Part shown: positions 36,786 to 48,211 of the stretch, in pieces | How positions within the stretch are numbered: the first letter of the stretch is position 1 | How the letters are laid out: each line of letters begins with the position of its first letter | NCBI RefSeq assembly: GCF_026210795.1 | Contig: NC_089430.1 | Location: 3,348,001-3,412,000 of the forward strand | Length of the DNA: 64,000 bases | Direction: 5' to 3' | Origin: Rhizophagus irregularis | Lineage: Eukaryota | Notes under the pieces: model-generated | Seen by the model: only the letters and a program-made list of their open reading frames with translations | What the model was told of the DNA's origin: nothing | Database searches by the model: none | Made by a program: the position numbers and the translations under genes

Positions 36786-38882
36786 ATGTTTGCATTGAGA
36801 CAATTTCGTTTACCATTATGTTCAATTCGAGGTTTAATTTTAGCACGAGATAAGAATGCATTGCGACTTTTACAAGTACAAACCCGATACAAAGTATATA
36901 ATATTAACAAATAAATGTGCTCTGTAAAATTAGTGACTAAAATTTTCCTCTTATTCGAATTAGTCAAATGGATCACTTAAAAAGCAAAAAGTGCCCGATT
37001 TAGAACAGACCGCGAGCGTACGTTTAATATTTTATCACCATCATTTCCGTTCTTGATTTCAGTCAATAACTTTTATCAACGTTACATAGCAATATTTCGA
37101 ATATCGTTCAAAGATAATTGATGATCTTCGCCATACAAAAGATCCAAATCCATACCCACATAAATTCAGTGTAGATATCACTATTTCACAATTTATTCAA
37201 AAAAATTCGCATATAAAAGCAGGACAAGTAAATACTGAAGAAACTGTAAGAATAGCTGGTCGTATCCATAATCAAAGGTCTCACGGCGAATTAATTTTCT
37301 ATGATTTACACGGTGATGGAACCAAAATACAAATTAATGCTCAGGCGCAGTAAATGTTATTACCAGTTAATAAAATATTTTTGCTACAATCCTTTGATTT
37401 ATGAATGTAATATAAATTAAATAACGTATTTTTTTTTTTTAGATATTCGGAACGTGATTTCGCAAAAGTTCATGAACACATCCGAAGGGGTGATATAGTT
37501 GGAGTTATAGGATTTCCTGGAAGAACAAAATTAGGCGAATTATCAATATATTCGAAAGACATTATATTGTTATCACCATGTTTACACCAATTACCAACCT
37601 CACATCAAGGATTTAAAGATAATGAAATGCGATATCGACGAAGATATCTTGATTTGATGATGAATAATGAAATACGAGAAAAATTCTTAATTAAATCAAA
37701 AATTATTAATTATCTTCGGCGATATTTGGATGACCAAGGGTTTTTGGAAGTAGAGACACCGATGATGAATTTTATTGCGAGTGGAGCATCAGCTAAACCA
37801 TTTGTAACCCATCATAGTCATCTTAAACGTGATTTATATTTAAGAATTGCACCGGAATTATTTTTAAAACAATTGGTCATAGGCGGATTAGAAAAAGTTT
37901 ATGAAATTGGAAGACAATTTCGGAATGAATCGATCGATACTAATCATAATCCTGAATTTACTACAGCAGAATTTTATTTGGCTTATGCTGACATGTTTGA
38001 TTTAATGCAAATTACTGAAGATTTATTGGGAAATTTGGTTTATGATTTTAAAAAAAAATATGTTATAGATTATGTTATGGATGACAAAAAAATGCAAATT
38101 GATTTTAAACCACCATTTAAAAGAATTGATATCATAGAAACTTTGAAAAATAAGTTAAATGTGAAATTCCCTGATGCGGATCAATTACATACTGAAGATA
38201 CAAATAAATTCTTATGTGATTTATGTGAAAAACATAAAGTTGCTTGTAGTCCACCAAAAACAAATGCTAGGATGTTTGATAAGGTAGTAAATTTGTTTCT
38301 TGAGTAATATATCCCATAGATTTATTAACTTATCATTTACATTAAATATAGTTGATTCAAAAATTCATTGAATCAGATTGTATATCACCAACATTTATAA
38401 CAGGTCATCCACAAATTTTATCACCATTAGCAAAATCACATCGTGAAATTTCTGGATTATGCGAAAGATTCGAGTTAATTGTCGGTACTAATGAAATTAT
38501 TAATGCATATACTGAATTAAATGATCCTTTCGAACAACGGAAAAGATTTGAAGAGCAAAGTCATCAAAAAGACTTAGGTGATGAAGAAGCTCAAATTGAT
38601 GATGGTGTATTTTGTACAAGTTTAGAATATGGTTTACCTCCCACGTAAGTTTAAATATTTTAAATATTCTTAATATTATTTAATATTGTAAGCATCTGAC
38701 TAAAATTTATTTTATAGAGCTGGATTGGGTTTAGGTATTGACAGATTAGCCATGATATTAACTAATAGTTCCAGTATTAAAGAGGTATGTTTGATTTAAT
38801 TTTCTACTTTCATTTTCAAAAATATTTATTTTTCTTATTATTGTAGGTTTTATTATTTCCAGCTTTGAGACCTTTGAATTAA
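36786..38882 (+). CDS. KRS1: Class II lysyl-tRNA synthetase, eukaryotic cytosolic-type core with a putative mitochondrial presequence
   Basis: Exons 36786-36893, 36964-37017, 37090-37349, 37443-38283, 38352-38644, 38718-38784, 38847-38882. Motifs [46 protein letters not shown]. The first two exons are less certain. Confidence 0.93.
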
Positions 38883-39467
38883 ACTGTGAATTTAATAGTT
38901 ATTACGTATTTAAAATTAGCATAGAAACGTCATGTATTACGTACGGGCTATAACCTAACTTTGTCTGTATTAATAAAAAATTGATTTGCAAAAAAGAAAT
39001 ACTAGTGCATTCGGTTCAATTGACGATCACTTCGTTGGTATATACGTTGTTTTTCTCATCTTCGCAAAATTATTATGTACGGTTAAAAAATTTCCATTAT
39101 AGCGAAATGTATTAAAATAGCTATCAAGTATCATTTATGGTTTATTTTGTGATTATTTACATTATGAAATTTCAAGAAAATATTATTTTTTCATATTATA
39201 AAATTAAGGAAAAGTTAAATAAAAGAGATAGAATTTATCTGATTGTCTAGAAGTAGTACTTTAACTAGGATTTACTTATTTATAAGATAGGTTATTTCAA
39301 ACCTAAAGTAAAAATCATATATTATATATTATATAGAATTCTTTGCAGATTCTATTATAAAAGAAATTTTATATTATATGAGATATTAAAGTACTGAAAA
39401 AAAAAACCAAATTGGATATTATCTGATTCAGAACATTTATTACAATTAATTTCTTTTATAGTTACAC

Positions 39468-39692
39468 AGGATCCATCTACTTATAAGATAGGTCACCCTC
39501 AGGCCTAAGGTAAAAATCATATATAAAATTCTTTGCAGATCCTATTATAAAAGGAAATTTTATGTTATGTTGTTATGATTTTTTTCCTTTTTAGCTAATT
39601 AACCAATAGAATTTAAGAAAAAAGTAAGGTAAAAATCATTAGTAAAGGACTAATTTTCTATAGTAATTTTTATTATAAGTAAGCAGAATCCT
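39468..39692. mobile_element. AGGA-terminus MITE (P-like family); a truncated sister copy starts at 39267
   Basis: AGGATCCATCTACTTATAA / TTATAAGTAAGCAGAATCCT. 8-bp TSD AGTTACAC at 39460-39467 and 39693-39700. Confidence 0.88.
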
Positions 39693-40117
39693 AGTTACAC
39701 TCAACATTATAATGTTTATTAAAGTATTTATTAAATATTTATAAATAGCACTTATTAAATACAAGATATATTGAAAAAGTGCCTATAAGTGTTAAATTAA
39801 AGTATTAAAAAAATATTTAAAAAAAATATTTAAAAAATTAAATACTATAAATAATAAAATATTGCAATATTTAAGTATTAATTTTTTTATTACTTAATAA
39901 ATGTAAATTTTTAATACTTATTAAATACTTTTATTTAGTAAATACAAAACTCCATTTGATTAAACTTCATGATATTATTATTAAAATCTATTTTATATAG
40001 TCATAATCTACACACCTATTCTCAAAAATCATATTAAAAAAAAACTATTTCTAGTTATAGTTATATAAAAAAATATATTAAATTACTTGATATTTAATAA
40101 TCATATAAAAATATACT

Positions 40118-40830
40118 CATATAAGCTGATTTGTTTACTTTGCATTAAAAAGAGTTAATGACTGATTTGTAATTTTGTTTGATGTTTCTAAAAAAAAAAG
40201 AAAGGAAATGTTAGAAATGTTTCCTAAAAAAAATTAAAAAAAGTAAATTTTGAACATGTTTAAACTTACCATTTCACTTTCTGAGATTGAATGCTGAAAA
40301 AATTATACAAAAAAAATAGGAAATGTTAAAATGTTTCCTTACAAAAAAAAATTAAAAAAAAAATTTTTTTTAAAAAAGTTTTAAAGTGAATGTTTTAAAA
40401 CTTACCATTTTGTTTTCTTGTCAAAAATACTGAAAGACCTAAAAAAAAAATAAAGGATTATTAAAAACATTTCTTATAAAAGTAAAAAAAATTTTTTTTA
40501 TTTTAGTAAAGTTTTAAAACAAAACACTTTAAAACTTATCATCATTTCAGTTTCTTATTTCCTGAAGTCAAAACATCAAAAATCTTACAAAAAAAAAAAA
40601 GAAAACATTAAAAACATTTCCTTATAATAAAGAATTAACAAAAAAAAATTTAAAAAAGTTTTGAAGCATTTTGCTTTGAAACTTATTATTGTTTTTCTGA
40701 AAGATAGTTTTAGAAAAGAAAAAGAGAATGGGAAAGAAGAAAGAAAAAGAAAAGGAGTGGAGAGAAAAAAAGGAAAGGGAAAAAAGTAGAAGAAGAGTTT
40801 AAAGATAAATATGAAATTTTTGAAAAATGG
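40118..40830 (-). repeat. Transposon end (same terminus as 48275) followed by ~135-bp tandem micro-exon/intron cassettes
   Basis: CATATAAGCTGATTTGTTTACTTTGCATTAAAAAGAGTTA matches 48275 onward. Donors ACTTAC at 40264 and 40400 (degenerate at 40534 and 40681). Acceptors CTA plus A-run; branch-like ATGTTAG/ATGTTAA. Purine block at 40710-40800. Confidence 0.6.
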
Positions 40831-41014
40831 TAAATAAGTAATTTATTTGTTTCTTTATATTAATTTCTTACATTTTTTTATACTTTCATTAATAATTCTT
40901 TAAATCTTCATAATCTCTTAAATTTACTAAAATTTAAATGGATAAAAATTGAATCTTTGAATTTATAATATAAATTTTCTTTTATTTAATTGAATAAAAT
41001 GTATTAGCTTAATT

Positions 41015-41299
41015 AGGATCTCAGATAGTATCTCTTATAGAACTCACAACTAACTTTTTGCCAAAAAACCCCAATTTGCTCTTTTTTTATTTTCAGTTTT
41101 TTGTGATTATCTCAGCATCTAGTAAACTGATTCATGCAGAATTTTTTTATTTTATAAATCTTAACAAAACAAAAAAAAGTTCACATAAATTAGATCACTG
41201 AATGCCAAGATAATTACAAAAAAGTGAAATTTATTTTAAAATTTATGCCAATTTGCTAAAAAGATATTTTCTGAGTTGTATATGTAATATTTGAGTCCT
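41015..41299. mobile_element. AGGA-terminus MITE (P-like family)
   Basis: AGGATCTCAGATA / TATTTGAGTCCT. 8-bp TSD GCTTAATT at 41007-41014 and 41300-41307. Internal dyad module. Confidence 0.88.
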
Positions 41300-41845
41300 G
41301 CTTAATTAAGTACAGATTATCTTATTTAATTACTGTACCATTCTGCTAAAGAGAAGGAGAAAGAAGGAAGGAAAAGAAAGAGGAAAGGGAAAGGTAAAAG
41401 AAAGAAATGGGAAAGAACAAAAAAAGGAAAAGTAAAAGTCGCCAAGAAAAAAAATTAAGCTTTTTCTTAAAAAAAGTTTAATTTTTTTTTATTATACTGC
41501 AGCTGAAGCTGTAGTAATTATTAAGCAATATCACATGATATACATGATAAATATTTTTAAGCTTTTTTCCTGAAATTTTTTTTTTATTTTTTTAATTTAA
41601 TGATAGATGTATATATATATATATATATATCTAATAATTTTATGAAAAATCCCTCTTCTATAAATAAGTAAAAGCTATAAAGTATTTATAGCAAAAGAAC
41701 CATTGCTACTTCTTTCGCCTATTTATAGTGATAAAAAGAAGGAATCTTTAGTAGTAAGATTTAGTATTAAATTAAATAACACATCTGTCATATAGTTTGA
41801 ATATACTGATATGTTTAGTATATTTTATAGTGTTAAATAATGCAT

Positions 41846-44800
41846 ATTTTTTTTTTTTTGCTAATTGCAGTGTATTTAAAACTTTATTAGAAAAAAATAA
41901 TTCATATTACACACACAAGTGAATACAAAAGTTCTAATCTAATTTAGTAAGTTCTAAACCACTTATCATTCTCTTGCAAAATCTCACATATACACTGTCA
42001 AGTAAACATTTTGCTATGAAAGTACTTTCTGCTCTTCATGCATAAGTATTCGTTTTTAGAGGGAATCCCTCCTCTTAGTCTAAGCAGAAAAAGTCTATAA
42101 AATTCATTACGAAACAGGAAAAAAAAAGGATTTAATAAATAAAAAATAGGATAAAAAAAGGTTAATATATATAGACGTAGTAGTGAGTACACTAATTCAT
42201 CCCTATAATACCATATTTAATCCAATCATCCTCATCAGTTAGCCAGTGATCTTAGCAAGATCTGAATTTCAGCTAAAATAATAAGTTTATCCCTATTGTC
42301 AAAGGTTCTTATTATTCGATGTAAAATACTTCTTTTTTCCTTTAGACTTCTCTTTCTTATTTTGTCTACTATTATTGTCTTTCTACAAAATATTCAGAGT
42401 CTTCTATTAATTCTGCTTCTAAGTAGAATCTGTCTTTTTTGGTGGTCTATTTTTAAGCCAATTCAAGGTGAACAAGAAATATCTAGTCCAAACACCTTTA
42501 AATTTTTTGAAGTTAAATTCCATATTGAGTGCTTTATCCAAACTTATCCAAGTGTCAAAATACACAATCAACTTTCTTTGCCAACAGTCTTGAATAATCT
42601 TGAAAACTAAGGCATTTTCCAGTTATGATAGCATTGATTAGATGGGTTCTCTGTATTGTAAACAACATTATTAGTAACAAACTTGGGTATATCCATTACA
42701 ACAACCTGAAATTCTTTGCATTGCTTTAAAATCCAAGACGCAAGGAATCATTGTATAGATATTCCTTCAAACGGAGCTGTTCAGACTCAGTTATTCCAAT
42801 TGTGCAAAGCCCACTTGTTGAAGTTGATAGACATGGTCACAGTCACGTACTTCTTTTGTGTTTTAATTTTGAATGCAATTACTTGACTCCATTTCCCTAG
42901 GTTCGTAAGGATATTGAGTTGCGATATGGTAAAAGGGATATCATAAATCACTATTTCCCAGACATTAGCAGTATTTTGTGGCGTATATCTGGACATAACA
43001 ATTGATATAGTTTTCTCCAGTGTAAGTTTGGACTTCTTAGTCTTATGCTGCTGTGTTTTGTTGACATCTGTACTACTTTTATTAGAAGTCTGTTGAGTGT
43101 TTCGTTTTTCTTAAAGGATGGTGACATAGATTAGAAATCATCAGAATTAGAATTTAATACAACCTTAGTGTATGTTACGCACTTCTTTCCTCTTGAAGTA
43201 TACGACTGAGCTTGTACAGGATCCCGGAAAATGCTTATATATGTAAGGTACCAAGGTGCTTAGCCAACATAGTAAAGTTTTATGATGTAAAAATTTTATA
43301 ATGCTTAATTTTAAGAAAATTTTATACTATGTAAGATAATTAAATTGCATATTTTTGGTATTATTTTAAAATACTAAGAGTTTTTAGTTGCTTATTTTTC
43401 ATATTTATATAACTTTTTAAAATATTATATATTGAATTTATAATTAATTTTTATTTTATTTTCACTAACGGTAAGTGTTAATTTTGTACTACATTTCACA
43501 ATTTTATATAAATATATAAACAAAAATTTTTTTTTGATGAAATTTCATTTTTTTTTCAATGTTTTATTAATTATCTGTCAATAGTATCTTTTTAATTTTT
43601 ATTAAACTCAGTGTATTATTTTTAATATAAAATTACTATATTATACATGTTTATTTTGTTAAATAAAATTACTATAAATATGTTTTACTTTAAAATATAA
43701 TTTCACTACTCACCACTTTGGTTATATCAAATTATCTTTTATGTTTAAGTAAGTTTGTTCAGCAAGTTAAATCTACTTGTATTTTAATTTTCATAAGGCT
43801 AAGTATGATATTTATATAGAAAAGCATATTTTTTTTAATGGTAATAACTTTTAAATTTTTCACTTTTTCGTTTATAACTTCAGAGCGTAATTACACCACT
43901 TCAGTCAAATGAAATCGACTTTCTAAATTAATTGAAAGTTGTTCGGCAAGGTCGAAACTACTTATATATTAATTTTTATGAGTGTGGGTATAATACTTAT
44001 GGAGAAACGTGCATTTTTCATAACAGTACTAACTTCCAAATTTTTCATTTCTCCGTTTACAACTTCAGAGCGTAATTACACCTCTTTGGTCAAATGAAAT
44101 TGACTTTCTAAATTAATTGAAAATTGTTCAGCAAGGTCGAAACTACCTACATATTAATTTTTATGGGTGTAAGTATAATACTTATAGAGAAATTTACATT
44201 TTATGTAATAGAATTAATTTCGAATTTTTCTTTTACTGTTTATTAACTTTATTAATTGAATATTGTTAATCTACTTGTATATTATATTTAGTTTAGCTTC
44301 ACAACATATTTAAAATTGGATTTAATAAAATATATTAATTAATAAATATATTTTATAAATTATATGTGTTATAATAAAAATTTAATTAGGTTAGAAGATT
44401 AATTTGCTTATTTTTATATAATTTTTAAGGTTAGATATCAACAATGCTTAGCGATCATAGTAAAAACCTATGCTTAGAGCTACTAATAAAAAATATTTTT
44501 GGGACCTTACCTATATAAGTATTTTCTGGGTCCTGCTTGTACATTCAATTTTGTTTATGTTATAAGAAGTACAACCAGTGTTTAATGTTTGGGCTCCTCT
44601 AAAATTTCTATTTCCATTGAGTGATCAATCAGTAAAGCTGGTTCTTGATTAAATGATGGTGTTGTTTTTTGTTAAACACATAATTCCTTTTATAATTCTT
44701 CTACAAAGGTATTTGCAGCCTCATAGAAGAGGGTGGCTCAAAGATCTTTGAAGGTATAGAAAAAGAACAAAAACTTATCATAGTTATTATTAAATATTAA

Positions 44801-45092
44801 CGCTAAGTTGTTCAAGTTCTTACTAAAAGGAGACTCAAGTTCTAGTAAACGCTTATATATTTTGAAGTTTATTTCTTCTAAAGTTTGAAATAAACCAGTT
44901 GCACTAGTCGAATGATAAACTTCAAGCATTTTCTTGAAAAGGTTAAAAAATGCTTCATCATTAAAAAAGTTTAGCAAGGATTTGACTAAACATGGGTATT
45001 GAAACTGAAACTACCTGAAATCACACAGGTCAAAAAGTGAAAAATCAGGCATCAATCAGTCACCAATCAGTCACCAATCAGATATCAAATGG
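41846..45092 (-). mobile_element. Internally deleted LINE (5'UTR, ORF1 part, ORF2-like tail, 3'UTR, poly(A)), interrupted by 43218-44534
   Basis: Poly(T) at 41846-41859. ORF1-like fragments at 44738-44993 and 42787-42996. Tail ...DDWIKYGII. 5' (CTGATTGGTGA)n repeats near 45050-45080. Confidence 0.6.
43218..44534. mobile_element. AGGA-terminus non-autonomous element, copy A (1.3 kb)
   Basis: TIR AGGATCCCGGAAAATGCTTATATATGTAAGGTACC vs reverse complement AGGACCCAGAAAATACTTATATAGGTAAGGTCCC. 8-bp TSD GCTTGTAC. Internal 2 x ~188-bp tandem repeat. Confidence 0.92.
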
Positions 45093-45165
45093 CAAGGTAA
45101 AATAACAATTTTTTAAACCATTCAAAATAAAATAACTTATATTTTTAATTAATTGTTAAATTCAG

Positions 45166-46307
45166 TTATGAAAAATTAATGCCAAAATTTGAGGGTGAAA
45201 ATTTAGAAGTTCTAATCAATTCTATTTTGCAAGAGAATGAACATTTACATATTTTAGTTACTTATGATGAAAACACTTTTCATTCTAATGATAGAAGACA
45301 ATCAGGATAGGCGCCACATGGGGAACAGCCTCTTCATAAAAAAGGAAAAGGTAAAGCCATTCATGTTAGTGATTTTTTATGTGAAACTATTGGACGATTG
45401 CAATTAAATGAAAAACAAAAGCTTTTAGAGAAAATGATTAATATTTCACATGAAGCTAGAGTAATAATGAATCCAGGAACAAATAATGACAGTTGGTGGA
45501 ATATTGAATTATTGGTTCAACAGGTAATTTATTTTAACTTTATTTTTATTTAGTTTAATTTTTTTTTCAATAGTTACTAAAAAAAAGTGATTTTACAGAT
45601 TATTGATCATGTAATTCCAATATTTGAAGCAACTCATCCTAGAGTTGTTGCAATTTTTGCATTTGATAATTCAACTTCTCATGGTGCATTTAGTTCCGAT
45701 ACTCTTATTGCAAATCGCATGAATGTGAAACCAGGTGGCAAGCAATCAAAAATGAAAAATACTGTTTTTAATGGTAATGTTCAATATATGAATTATCCTG
45801 ATAATTTTCCTGATGAATCTCTTCATGGAAAGCCAAAAGGGATGAGACAAATTTTACATGAACATCAATTATTAAAGCCAGGTTTAAAGGGTTTTTGTAA
45901 AAATAAGGATTCAACAGATAATCAATGTTGTATGCAGCATATATTAAAAAATTAATCTGATTTTCTTGTACAAAAATGCATGATTCAAGAAATTATTGAA
46001 AGTAAAGTTCACAAAGTAATTTTCTATCCCAAGTTTCATTGCGAATTGAATTATATAGAAATATATTGGAGTAGCAAACCGTTATTCAAGGGATAATTGT
46101 GACTATACATGGAATGGATTGCAACAGATTGTTTTTATTACATTAAAACATGTTTCTTCATCAAAAATAAGGGCATATGCTAGAAAATCTTATAGATATA
46201 TGGATGCATATAGGAAGGTCTTAAATGTAAAACAAGCAGAATATACTGTTAAGAAATATAAAAGACATCGTATAATTCCTAATAATATATTGCAAAATAT
46301 CATATAA
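45166..46307 (+). pseudogene. IS630-Tc1-mariner DDE transposase pseudogene (5'-truncated); element right end at about 48067
   Basis: Motifs LVTYDENTFHSND, KKGKGKAIHVSDFL, AFDNSTSH, YPKFHCELNYIE, YRYMDAYR. Stops and frameshifts. Paralogous to 57020-58490. Confidence 0.88.
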
Positions 46308-46689
46308 ATTTGGCCAAAATTATAAAATAAAATCTTAATGCTGGTCAAAATCATGTGATTTGATAAAAAAGCAAATTTGGCCCCTAATTTTAAGAGTTAA
46401 CGTTAGTGCTCTACATGAGTCAGCTTGATTTGAGCCAAAATATGGCTTGAACTTGGCTCAGAAAACTGCAGTAAGCCAAGCCTGTAATGAGCGAAATGCC
46501 CCACAAAAAATATTACTTCAGCTTGTTTAGTCAAGCTAGCTTATTAAAAATCCTGGCTTGAAGTCAAGTTGGGCTCAAGTTAGCTCGAGCTTTATCATAA
46601 AAATGTTTTTGCAATGTTTTTACTTTAAATTATTAAAAAAATGTTGTGAAACATTTTTTCCTTTTTGTTTTTATATATAAAATGCAAAA

Positions 46690-47815
46690 ACTATTTATTT
46701 CAGCATTTTTTTTTGATTTTACATGTAAAACTGCCAAAACTAATAGTTTCAGCAGTTTTTTTTAATTTTACATGTAAAACGTTAGAATCATTAGTTCTGG
46801 CGTATTTCTTTTTGATTTTACATGTAAAAATACTAAAACTGATATGGTGGCTGTCACCTATAAATCACACTAATATTAAGTGACTTCAAATTTTTATAAA
46901 TTGTAAATTGAATAGTAAAAAGAAAAAACTAAACCGATAAAATGATATAGCAACATGTACTGAACATTTCTATCGGATTATTTTATAGAATTTAATAAGA
47001 ATTTTTATTAATATTATGGGTTAAAGTTGGATAATTTTAATAAGTAGCAATAATAAAAATATAAAATTTCGGACTAGTTTTCATGTAATTTTTATGGATT
47101 TTACAAAAATTCCATGGAAATCCACAAGAATTCCATGTAATATGGCAAAAAAAATTTTGCAAAAATGCTCACGCGGCAATTAATATTTTGACAAAGTACT
47201 TTAAAACATAAGTTACACAATATAAATAAATAAATTTCAAAATTTTGGACTATTGTTGTTTATAGGTGACAGCCACCATAGTTTCAGCATTTTTTTTTCG
47301 ATTGCACATATAAAAAAATGCCAGAATAATTAGTTCTAATATTTTTCTTTTGATTTTACATGTAAAAATGCCAAACCTATTCATTTCAGCATTTTTTTTG
47401 ATTTTACATGTAAAAACGCCAAAAGTGATAGTTTCAGCAGTTTTTTTCGATTTTACATGTAAAACGTCAGAATCATTAGTTCTAGCGTATTTCTTTTTGA
47501 TTTTACATGTAAAAATACCAAAACTGATAGTTTCAGCATTTTTTTTCAATTATACATATAAAAAAATGCTAGAATAATTAGTTCTGGTATTTTTCTTTTG
47601 ATTTTACATGTAAAAACGCTAAAACTATTAGTTTCAGTATTTTTTTCAATTTTACATGTAAAAGTACCAGAATAATTAGTTCCAGTATATTTTTTTTTGA
47701 TTTTACATATAAAAATGCTGAAACTGATAGTTTCAGCATTTTTTTTTGATTTTACATGTAAAAATACTGGAATTATTAGTTCTGGCATTTTTTTTTTATT
47801 TTACATGTAAAAACT
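46690..47815. repeat. About 50-bp minisatellite (about 14 units) built from alternating palindromes
   Basis: TTTTACATGTAAAA recurs every ~50 bp, separated by either AAACTGATAGTTTCAGC-type or CCAGAATAATTAGTTCTGG-type dyads. Confidence 0.9.
46845..47278. mobile_element. TA-flanked ITm MITE inserted in the minisatellite
   Basis: Perfect 20-bp TIR TGGTGGCTGTCACCTATAAA. TA TSD. Terminus related to the element starting at 54681. Confidence 0.9.
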
Positions 47816-48211
47816 TAAATAAACATTTTTGCAACATTCTTTAATAAACAATAAAAAAAATTGCGAAACCATTTTATTTATGATGCATTATTATATAAAA
47901 ACATTTCGCAACATTTTTTGTATAATAGCTCATTTGACTCATGAGCCACCAAGTCAATTTAATCATAGCTTAATGCTTGGCTTAAAAACTTGAAAAACTT
48001 GAGTCAGTTCATAAGCTGGCTCGACTCATGTAGAGCACTAGTTGCCGTGACTAAAGGTCTCAAGCTGTAATATTTTTTAGTGCAATTCCACATAATCTAA
48101 TATAGTGCTATATTTTTCAATATAATTTAATATAATGTGAAATTTTTCAAAAAATGTAATAATTTTAATACTTTTTAGAGGACCTCAGACATCTAATATA
48201 AAGGTCATAAC

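Larger units (their letters stand above)
46404..48040. mobile_element. hAT-type non-autonomous element containing a minisatellite
   Basis: Perfect 18-bp TIR TAGTGCTCTACATGAGTC / GACTCATGTAGAGCACTA. Degenerate 8-bp TSD GTTAACGT/GTTGCCGT. GAGCC/GGCTC-type subterminal repeats. Confidence 0.85.

Noticed and set aside
46690..47815. CRISPR-like repeat-spacer appearance, and ORFs 46665-46883, 47250-47549, 47350-47577 and 47546-47788
   Set aside because: The spacers are two recurring variants rather than unique sequences. There are no cas genes and the context is eukaryotic. The ORFs are translations of the minisatellite.
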